Of a stretch of DNA of 27,111 nt, positions 1-9,111 are shown one piece after another. Every line of letters starts with the position of its first letter. The stretch's first letter is position 1. The DNA is from Octopus sinensis. Lineage: Eukaryota. The notes under the pieces were generated by a model. The model saw only the letters and a list, made by a program, of their open reading frames with translations, was not told the origin of the DNA and ran no database searches. Where the stretch lies: positions 1 through 27,111 of the forward strand of contig NW_021834036.1 of NCBI RefSeq assembly GCF_006345805.1. The letters run 5' to 3'. A program made the translations under genes and the position numbers.

Positions 1-285
1 GTTGTCTTGGGGTAACAAAGTGGCTTTTACTGAACATCTCAGAAATGTCATCCGGCTGGTGAATGACAAGAAACCATCGGTCCCCAACGGATCGGGCTCA
101 GCACAAGATGTGCTAATGGTCACTGGGCTGAGAGAGGGATTCAACGTTTTGGAGAAGGTCATTGTTTTCATTACCTGGGAGATGTTTGAGGTGAGAGCCA
201 TAGCGTGATACTTGATTGGGTTAAACGAGCTGCCTTTATTTGGAATGGGGCACACTGAAGCATGCCTGAAAATGTCAGTAATAAT
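1..285 (-). mobile_element. Decayed non-LTR retrotransposon (Jockey/I/CR1-like LINE) reverse-transcriptase fragment
   Basis: The minus strand reads HASVCPIPNKGSSFNPIKYHAMALTSNISQVMKTM. After a frameshift it reads LLQNVESLSQPSDH*HILC*ARSVGDRWFLVIHQ. This matches the LINE RT N-terminal pattern VxPIPKKG-SNPSNYRPIxLTSxISKVMET / LLxHLExxxLLSDHQYGFRxxRSTGD. Stops and a frameshift show it is dead. Confidence 0.7.
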
Positions 286-867
286 TGGAATTAATATGGA
301 TTTATAATCAACGTAGAGGAGCTTTAGGTTTCAAAGCAGTTACCCATAAATGTTCTCCTTCTCACTGATTGTATTACAGATGTATATATATATATATCTA
401 TATGTACGTGTATCTCTAGTTATCTGTCTGTCTGTCTATGTAAAATATGTATGTGTGTCGGTGTGTGTATTCTTAGCAGAGGTGTGAATATATTTATCCT
501 GCGGCAGTCTTTGCTGAGGTTGGTATTGTATCTTGCTGTAGCCAAAACATCATGTGACACAGTAGGGGGGAGGAAGCCCCTCGATGACATTCAGGCAGCT
601 GATGATCACATGTGTTATTGCACGGTCAACATTTACTGTTGTGTATTGGTTGGCAATTAAGGGTTTCACTGTCTCATCTGTTCATTAAATACTCCATAGC
701 TTTCTCCTGCTCTTGGGTCACAAATATAAAAAAATAAAATCCCCCAAAATAACATAGCCTTCAAGACGTGAAATGGTGTACCAATCACAATTTGTTTTAA
801 GGTTGCACTTCAGGTCACACTTCATTTCAAGTTTAAGGGAAACCATCATCATCATTATCATAATCAT

Positions 868-1260
868 TGAACATGCTGGCATGGGTTGGACGGTTTGACA
901 GGAGTTGGCCAGGCAGCAGCTGGCACCAGACTTCTCTATCTGTTTTATCAGGGTTTTTATGGCTGGATGCCCTTCCTAAAACCAATCACCCAGCAGAGTG
1001 GACCTTTTTTTACATGGCACAAGCACAGGCGAGGTCAGTTTTGGCAAGGTTCTCACAGTTTGATGCCTTTCCAAATGCCAACCACTACACAGTGTGGACT
1101 GAATGCTTTTCACATGGCACCAGTGCTAGCAGGGCCACCAAGTGACTTGGAAGACAAAGGTCCTTTGAGAAGGGAGGGGACATTGGAGGAGATGATCTTG
1201 TGTCAGATGATGAAAGCTTACACTGAGACAGAAACAGGTGTGTTTCAGTAGAGGAGGTAC
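868..1260 (-). mobile_element. Octopus RTE-tail-related interspersed repeat (SINE or LINE 3' end), diverged
   Basis: Contains catgctggcatgggttggacggtttgac...ggctggatgcccttcctaa..accaatcac, the same motif seen at 16470, 23210 and (opposite orientation) 24590. It is preceded by a (CAT)n tail remnant. Confidence 0.6.
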
Positions 1261-1745
1261 ATAGTTACCCGGGCCATACATTATTGTTTATAGTATAGAG
1301 AATGTTTGTGTTCTTGTGTCGGCTGAGGTAGGCTAGTCCTACGCACCTGGGTTCAAATGAGAGGTCAACAGAAAGCGAATGTTTATTGAAGAGTCAGTTG
1401 CAGGAACCGAAGGATGTTACAGACTTCATGCTTTAGCATTTGGTTTGATGTATCTATTTTTGCATCTGTTCTTTTTACACTGCTGTGTGATATCGTTCAG
1501 TGATATCAAACTGCCTTTAAAGCCTGCCTGGTGTTACTCTGGCATGGGATCCACGACCAAAACGGAGATTACTTTAGGTTACTTTTTAGTTTATTTTCCC
1601 ATTTTTAAATACCTTTAAGATGTTGGCTAAAGATTTTTTACAATAAATTCTTCTGTACTTAGCATTGTAAATGCATTCTTTCAAACTTCTTTCTATTTTA
1701 ATGATGATAAAACTGTGTTTCCTGTAGGACTTAGTGAATAATGAT

Positions 1746-1960
1746 CCTGTCTATTATAGGCACAAAGCCTGAGATTTGTGGGAGGGGCATAGCCGATTAC
1801 ATTGACCTCCAGTACTCAACTGGTACTTAATTTATCAACCCCAAAATAATGAAAGGTAACGTCGACCTCAGTGAAATTTGAACTCAGAACGTAGCGATGA
1901 GCGAAATATCGCTAAGCATTTTGTCCAGAATGCTAATGATTCTGCCAGCTCACCTCCTTG
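1746..1960 (-). mobile_element. tRNA-derived SINE, family A (octopus, with a Nin/Deu-like central domain)
   Basis: The minus strand begins ggaggtgagctggcagaatcattagca (A box) ... gagttcaaatttcac (B box), then gtcgac..cctttcat..ggggttgataaattaagtaccag and ends ...ggctttgtgcctataatag. Homologous to the copies at 18330 and 25358-26346. Confidence 0.8.
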
Positions 1961-2044
1961 ACTTAGAGAATAATGATAAAAAAACAAAAAACTGGAATAA
2001 AAATAAGCCACGAGTTTTGCAACGAAAGAAATGAACCTAAAGTA

Positions 2045-2113
2045 CGATGATGGTAGTGGTGGTGGTGGGTGATGATGATGATGATTGTGGTGGTGATGAT
2101 GATGATGATGATG
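2045..2113. repeat. (GAT/GGT)n trinucleotide microsatellite
   Basis: Seen directly. Confidence 0.9.
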
Positions 2114-3665
2114 TAGACTGTCAAATGTACGAATGGAAAATATTTCAAGAAAGACAAAAAAAAAACGGTCAAATTGGAATTAGTCAAGGGATAGAAATCA
2201 CGGGAAAACCAGAGTATTTCCCCCTCATCTGATAAAGTTACACGGAACTACCTAAGAAAGTTTGTATGTGGACAAACAAATGTTTAGAAATAGCAGTCAC
2301 GTATTTCCGAAATCCGTCAATGTTTTTTATAAAAAAAAGGACACTATTTAACACACACACGGGTGCAGGCGTTTCACTGCTTGACACCACAAACAAGTAT
2401 TTTCTATTATAACTTCTTAGAAACTGAAAGTAGCCTGTTGTACATGTATATATACAGGGTGTCCCCCACACGAATGTATACACACTTTAGATAATTGTAA
2501 AGTGGGTGTTTATTAATGTTACACGTTCATATCTATGTGTATGCGTAGATATAAGTATATATGAATACATCCCCACTATTAGTACTATTTTGTTAAGCGC
2601 ATCTAGTAAGCAGTATGACCTGTGTCATTTACAGTTTGTGAACATGCCAAGTAAAGAAACGGGTAGAATCATAAAAATGCCTTCAGTGAGTTGTTTATTA
2701 TCTCACCACGAACCAAAAGAATACATAACACACTGGTTGTCATTAACAACAAGGTCCACATCAAATCTAATACTTTCTATACACAAAACTATTACATCAC
2801 ATAATGTCGTATGGTGACTTGTATGTTTTAGGTTTGTTTGAATAGATTTTGCTTTTGATCACTGAGGTGGCTTTGCTTTCTTTTTTCCTCCTGAAATACT
2901 TCTGAACAGTTTTCGATACGATTCTGCCGTGTCTGCTGTGTTTAAACGATAGAAAGAAGACGGCAGGCGATAAATAAATATATACACCAGGAAAATGGAG
3001 ACGTTAAGAAATAGGTGACGATATTAAATAAAGAATATTGATTCACTGTTGGGTGAATTGTTAGAAAATGAGCATTTTTCGTTGCCTTTTGGAGCTGGCA
3101 AACCAGTCTGAGTTGGTCAGATATAGACTGCTGTTCCAGACGTTCACTTGTGTCTTTTAGGTGAGTCCTAACCTCTGCCTCAAGGGACGAAGTCAAGAAT
3201 TGCAGGGGAGCTGGTTCTGAAAGACTTGAATCGCCTCTCGTAAGTGGAATAGGAAATCTCTTAGGAGAGCTGTTTGTTGCTAGAGGCACAAAAACTGCAG
3301 TCGACAAGACTAGGTTTAAATGCTGACTAAACTTTTTAAAATGTTTACTGGTTGCACATGTAAGAATTCAGGAGAGATGCAACGCATAAAAGGAAGGCAT
3401 TTTCTGTTGGAAGTTGTTGATAGGATGATGAAGTGTGCAGGTGAGACATGTCTGTCGATGTGGAGTGAGAGAATGGTAACTGTTGCAGCCTGTGATGCAC
3501 AGGATTTAGCGACAACATTTCTATGAATCTCATTGTGAGGATGTTACCAGAGCCATAATTATACAGGTGTATGCAAGTATATAAATACTTGCATAAACTT
3601 ACGTGTGTGTGTGCGTGCGTGCGTATGCTTACACGTGTGTTTGTCTATGTATACATATATATATA

Positions 3666-3814
3666 TACGACGGGCTTCTTTCTGTTTCCGTCTACCAAAT
3701 CCACTCACAAGGCTTTGGTTGGCCCAAGGCTACAGATGTGCCACGCAGCAGGACTGAACCCGGAAGCATGTGGTTCGTAAGCACGCTACGTACCACACAG
3801 CCACTCCTGCGTCT
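3666..3814 (-). mobile_element. tRNA-derived SINE, family B, 5' part with internal deletion
   Basis: Reverse complement of the head of the full copy at 5051 (gcaggagtggctgtgtggta...ccgggttcagtcc...tgagtggatttggtagacggaaac.gaaagaagcccgtcgta). Confidence 0.85.
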
Positions 3815-3964
3815 ATCTATGTATCTGTCTTCTGTCTGTCTATCCATCTCTCCTCTCTTTCTCTCTATCTGTCTACCTATCGATCGATCAGTGTGTGTTT
3901 CTACTTGGTTGAGTCCTAGAATAGAGGCCGAAAATGTTCTGTTCATTCTACCTTGTTATATACA

Positions 3965-4196
3965 TATTGGCTTGGTGCATAATTATTGCGGCTTTTTTCA
4001 ACAAATTTCATTCAACAAAAACAATAACAACATGCAATAAAAACATCTTTAAATGATTATTCCGGAGCATATTCACCATCTCCTTCAATTACTGCTTCCC
4101 ATTTGCTTGGCAGACGGTCAGACCGTCATTCAAAGATGTTTTTGTTGAATAAAATTTGTTGAAAAATAGCCGCAATAATTATACACCGACTCAATA
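3965..4196 (-). mobile_element. Internally deleted mariner element (MITE) retaining the transposase C-terminus
   Basis: TA-bounded imperfect TIRs: tattggcttggtgcataattattgcggc-tttttcaacaaattt versus the reverse complement of the right end, tattgagtcggtgtataattattgcggctatttttcaacaaattt. These resemble mariner ATTAGGTTGGTGCA-type TIRs. Minus strand 4122-4057 encodes SDRLPSKWEAVIEGDGEYAPE*, matching the mariner transposase terminal motif LPxRWxxVIxxxGxY. Confidence 0.85.
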
Positions 4197-4674
4197 TCTC
4201 ATAGATATACACGTAATATGGCCACAAGCAGAGAGACGTACACACATGTTTTGTATATGACTGTGTACTTGTGGCTGCATGTGTTTATATTGGTGAATGT
4301 ATGTATAAAACGCGTGTTATAATTCTGCGAGTTGGTTTCCTGTGGATTCGCGTTCAAATCCATGACAAGGCAGAGGTAGAGAAGGAAATCTATTTCCTTA
4401 TTTCTCTTTCTATATTGAGTAAAAGGATTGCCTCACACCTACACATCTGCACAAATAGGACGGACGTCCCTTTCCATCACTGAACGACGTGGGTGTGTAC
4501 GTGTTGGATTGTTTGCATGTGTGTGTGTGTGTGTGTCTTGAGGACTCAGTAGTAGAATGGGAGGCTGAAACACTCCTTGTTAAACATACTACTTCCATAA
4601 ACAACCAAAACCCAGACACTGGTACAGAGTGGAGGTTGTTGTAGATAAAGACAAAGTGAGAGAGTTAAATACAG

Positions 4675-4676
4675 AC

Positions 4677-4723
<47 letters not shown>
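4675..4723. repeat. (TA)n microsatellite
   Basis: Seen directly; abuts the long palindrome. Confidence 0.95.
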
Positions 4724-4725
<2 letters not shown>

Positions 4726-4924
4726 AATTGAGGACTGAACACGAAAAGTGGACAGTCAACATGCTAGATATAGACGTCAAATCGCCATTCTCCACAAAAG
4801 ATTATGTTCTCAGTACAAACTTGGTGAGTTTGATCTGAGAACATAATCTTTTGTGGAGAATGGCGATTTGACGTCTATATCTAGCATGTTGACTGTCCAC
4901 TTTTCGTGTTCAGTCCTCAATTGG
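4724..4924. repeat. Long palindrome: two perfect 90-bp inverted arms (4724-4813 and 4835-4924) around a 21-nt centre; MITE or Penelope-like inverted terminus
   Basis: The arm ccaattgaggactgaacacg...attatgttctcag is the exact reverse complement of ctgagaacataat...cgtgttcagtcctcaattgg. Both ends are flanked by TA repeats. Confidence 0.95.
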
Positions 4925-5050
4925 TATATATAAATATTTTAATCTTCGTATTCTTTTTTAATATGCTAGACCACTGGTCTTAATTGATAAATATCAATTT
5001 CTACCCTTAATTAATATTATATATATGTATGTGTGTGTGTGTATGTGTGT

Positions 5051-5435
5051 AGGCGCAGGAGTGGCTGTGTGGTAAGTAGCTTGTTTACCAACCACATGGT
5101 TCCGGGTACAGTCCCACTGCGTGGCATCTTGGGCAAGTGTCTTCTACTATTGCCTCGGGCCGACCAAAGCCCTGTGAGTGGATTTGTTTGATGGAAACTG
5201 AAAGAAGCCCGTCGTATATATTTATATATATATATGAGTGTGTCTGTGTTTGTCCCCCTAGCATTGCTTGACAACCGATGTTTACGTCCCCGTTACTTAG
5301 CGGGTCGGCAAAACGGTCCGATAGAATAAGTACTAGGCTTACAAAAGAAAAAGTCCCGGGATCGAGTTGCTCGATTAAAGGCGGTGCTCCAGCTTGGCCG
5401 CAGCCAAATGACTGAAACAAGTAAAAGAGTAAAAG
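5051..5435 (+). mobile_element. tRNA-derived SINE, family B, apparently full length
   Basis: tRNA-like head (aggcgcaggagtggctgtgtggtaag A box; ggttccgggtacagtcc B box), a ccttgggcaagt-like core, an internal (TA)/(TG) tract, and a 3' part ending atgactgaaacaagtaaaagagtaaaag. Confidence 0.9.
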
Positions 5436-5534
5436 GATATATATATATATATATACATAAATAGATATATTCATAAAAAGATAGACAGACAGAGAGAGAG
5501 AGATGGCTAGATAGATAGGGGAGAGAGTCAAACA

Positions 5535-5586
<52 letters not shown>

Positions 5587-5588
5587 AT

Positions 5589-5653
<65 letters not shown>

Positions 5654-5960
5654 GAGACAGTCAGATATAGAGAGAGAGGCAGAAAGTGACGTTCCCGGAT
5701 ACACACACACACACACACACACAACATCACACATAAATACACACACACGCACAAACATAAACAGGCGTGTATACACACACACAGACACACCGACACACAC
5801 CCCAGACATCATTCGTCTTATGTGTATACATGTGTAATACTCCACCCTCTCTCTCCCCCTTTCTCTCTCTATAGACGTATGTAAATATTCATACACACTT
5901 ACATATATAAATATTTACCTGCTTATGTACATACATAAATACATACATATGTTAGTTTTC
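5436..5960. repeat. Compound microsatellite field (TA)n, (GA)n, (TAGA)n, (CA)n
   Basis: Seen directly; explains the spurious ORFs between 5017 and 5896. Confidence 0.95.
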
Positions 5961-6109
5961 CTTTCTTTTTCACGTCAAAATTAATTATAATTCCTAATTA
6001 ATGACTTAATTGTGAGACCTTAATGTCATTTAACATTATTTAATTCATAAAAATGCTGACAATGTCTCTTTGATTTTAAATAAATAACTTAGACAAAGTT
6101 TTGTCTAAA

Positions 6110-6230
6110 TTTCCCGCCTTTTTCTCCACGTTTTTTGTCATTCAAATTAGCGTTGCTAGGCAACAAATAGAAACAATTGAACGGGAAGCGGCAGAAGTTA
6201 TAGAGAGACTCCAGACTGGGCGGTTTGTGT
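6110..6230. promoter_or_regulatory. Putative promoter with an RFX X-box (GTTGCTAGGCAAC, 6152-6164), an E2F-like TTTCCCGC (6110-6117) and a GGGCGG box
   Basis: The palindromic X-box matches the established RFX consensus GTNRCY(N0-3)RGYAAC. It lies in a non-repetitive patch that is richer in CpG than its surroundings, about 150 bp upstream of a splice donor. Confidence 0.55.
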
Positions 6231-6310
6231 GATACCAGACCAGAAATATCACCAGACACCCTTAAGCATGGGTTGTCACAGATGGATTTACCCGTCGTCT
6301 TTTCTACGAG
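6170..6310 (+). other. Putative first exon of a plus-strand gene ending at donor GAG|GTATGC (6310/6311)
   Basis: Good donor consensus immediately downstream of the promoter-like patch. Possible starts are ATG 6282 (MDLPVVFSTR, phase 2) and ATG 6268 (MGCHRWIYPSSFLR, phase 1). No downstream exon could be assigned. Confidence 0.35.
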
Positions 6311-7714
6311 GTATGCTTATGTGTGTGCAAGAAGGCTACGTATAATAATGATGTATATTTATATTCCTATAAATAGAATGTATTGGCAATCCTGAGTCGG
6401 AAATTATCCAATCTCAAATATTCCAACATCTTTTGATATTTCTTTTTTAAACTTGTACATATACATGAATAAATGTATACACAAACACACATACATATAA
6501 TATATATATATACACACCTACATTTCTACAGTTATATATATATATATATGTATACATCCTGTGGCATAACTACAGATGAACACCCCATCGACTTTGTTTC
6601 CTCATAACTTCCAGGAAAATGGATATTTTTAATGAAACTTCCACTTTCATTTCCTAACAGAAAAGGATGCTCTCAAAAGAAATCCTCTTTTACAAAGCTC
6701 TTATTTAAATCCCTGTGGATAAATCCCAGCAAGAATCTTCTCAGGCTCTCCAATATTTTACAATTATATAAAGAGAAAGAATCGGGGGCCAGGAAGTGGG
6801 GCTAAAAATAATCAGAGATTTTAAAAATATTCTTTTTATTTTTTTGTAACATAAATGTGTTTCTGAGGGAAAAAATGAGAAAAAAAAAGAAGACAAGGAG
6901 GGTGGTGTGCTAGAAACAACAGCCAAATCTCCCTTAAATCACACACTTTTCCCTCGAACCCTTACAAAACATTTTGCCAACAAATTTCTTTTTAATCGTA
7001 ATCTGCATCGTTTGAAAGTTATTTCTACCAAACTTCATTCAAAAATACCAATTTTTATACAAAAATACCTTTATACACATGTATATACCTACATATACAC
7101 ACATGTCTTTGCTATGTTTTTTAAACACATAAAACTCATAGATGCATACTTTTATAATATTTTACACTTAAACCGCCGCAGGACAATATTTTCAGAGTTG
7201 CTTCTTAAAGTGTCCTTCACTTTTTTTATGACAAACGATACAAATTTCAGAGTATTTGGCTGTTATTTCTAGCATGATGTTAGGCCATCTATAGGACAAT
7301 ATTTGACATGGATGCTTTGGAAATTGTCCATCGATTTTTATTTGTGATGAAACAAAAATGTGAAGGTTTGGATGGCTCTTTCTAGAATGAAATGAGACCA
7401 TATACAGGTCAATTTTATTTATGAATGCTTCTTATCTGTCCTTCAAAATTTATATGAAAAATAAAGTGGTTTCTATTTCTAGCGTGAAAAATGACCAGCT
7501 ATGGGAAAGCTTTTACTGAATGCTTCTTAAAGTGTCCTCTTTTTTTATGAACCCCCAACAGCAACAACAACAACAACAACCCTACGAGGACGAAGGGCAA
7601 TGTTTGTGCGTGTGTGCAGTTGGAATGTCACTGCAACAACAACAACAACAACAATCTATTCTTATTAAACGTTAAAAACTGTCAGATGCAGACTGCACAC
7701 ACGCACACACAACG

Positions 7715-8700
7715 CTGATGACGACGATGATGATGATGACGAGGATGATGATGATGATGATGGCGATGATGACGACGATGATGATGATGATGATGATGAT
7801 GATAACGATGATGATGACGATGATGGTGATGATGATGACGATGATGATGGCGATGATGACGATGATGGTGATGACGATGATGATGGCGATGATGATGATG
7901 ATGACGTTGATGATGATGATGATAACGATGATGATGACGATGATGGTGATGACGATGATGATGATGACGATGATGATGGTGATGATGACGACGATGATGA
8001 TGATGATGACGATGATGATGATGACGATGATGATGGCGATGATGACGATGATGGTGATGACGATGATGATGGCGATGATGATGATGATGACGTTGATGAT
8101 GATGATAACGATGATGATGACGATGATGGTGATGACGATGATGATGATGACGATGATGATGGTGATGATGACGACGATGATGATGATGATGACGATGATG
8201 ATGGCGATGATGACGATGATGGTGATGACGATGATGATGATGATGATGACGATGATGATGGCGATGATGACGATGATGGTGATGACGATGATGATGGCGA
8301 TGATGACGATGATGATGATGATGACGATGATGATGGCGATGATGACGATGATGGTGATGACGATGATGATGATGACGATGATGATGGTGATGATGACGAC
8401 GATGATGATGATGATGACGATGATGATGGCGATGATGACGATGATGGTGATGACGATGATGATGATGATGACGACGATGAAGACGACGATGATGATGATG
8501 ATGACGACGATGATGATGATGATGATGACGACGATGATGATGATGATGACGACGACGACGACCACGACGACGACGACGGCGGAGACGACGACGACGACGG
8601 CGGAGACGACGACGACCACGACCGACCACGACCACGACGACGACCACGACGACGGCGGCGACGACGACGACGACGACGGCGGAGACGGCGGCGGTGGTCG
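7715..8700. repeat. About 1-kb imperfect (GAT/GAC/GGT/GGC)n trinucleotide array with higher-order duplications
   Basis: Seen directly. Rare variant units recur: gacgtt at 7905 and 8091 (186 bp apart), and gataac at 7803, 7923 and 8106. Confidence 0.95.
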
Positions 8701-8764
8701 TCTGCCTTTTAATGGAGAATCAATGATTATGAAAGTCTCTGCTTTCGGACCAGACATTCCTATA

Positions 8765-8778
8765 CATACATGCATGCG

Positions 8779-8836
<58 letters not shown>

Positions 8837-8970
8837 GCGTATATACACACACACAAACATACATACTTATAGCCTTATTTCTATACATACATTCCTAAAT
8901 ATGTGTGTATATATATATAAACACATGTATATATACTGTATATAAATATATACACACACACAAAGAGAGA
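8765..8970. repeat. (TA)n/(CA)n microsatellites
   Basis: Seen directly. Confidence 0.9.
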
Positions 8971-9091
8971 GTGTTGAGGAATGTTACGACAATAAGTGTG
9001 TAGAATGCAATGTATGCGATGCAGGTTCGATTCCCGGGCGAAGCCATTTACCACAACAACAACAATAATAATAAGAAGAAGAAGATTGAAG

Positions 9092-9097
9092 TTTAAT
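9092..9097 (-). promoter_or_regulatory. Possible ATTAAA polyadenylation signal just 3' of the propeller gene stop
   Basis: A variant hexamer about 15 nt after the TAA at 9112-9114. In AT-rich sequence this could be chance. Confidence 0.2.
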
Positions 9098-9111
9098 ATT
9101 TCTGGAAATAT

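Noticed and set aside
451-700. Short ORFs between the LINE fragment and the RTE-tail repeat
   Set aside because: There is no recognisable motif and no polypyrimidine acceptor, and the minus-strand frame stops early.
2452-2530. tatacagggtgtccc, a possible Tc1/mariner left end
   Set aside because: No matching inverted right end was found in the window.
2942-3530. Minus-strand ORF ...LKDTSERLEQQSISDQLRLVCQLQKATKN and neighbouring short ORFs
   Set aside because: It looks somewhat helical, but I recognise no family, the splice signals are weak, and no consistent exon chain can be built. It could be a decayed element or an exon and needs BLAST.
5017-5896. ORFs over SINE and microsatellite sequence (also 3571-4040, 20131-20685, 21010-21772, 24856-25344, 26760-27065)
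   Set aside because: They are translations of SINEs and dinucleotide or tetranucleotide repeats (YIYI, CVCV, LSIY) and are not genes.
7672-8872. Long ORFs of 394, 321 and 384 aa (poly-Ile, poly-His/Arg, poly-Met/Thr)
   Set aside because: They are reading frames of the (GAT)n microsatellite, which lack stops by construction.
9000-9050. tRNA-like T-arm ggttcgattcccgggcgaagcca
   Set aside because: There is no complete cloverleaf (D and anticodon arms are missing), so it is at most a tRNA or SINE remnant.
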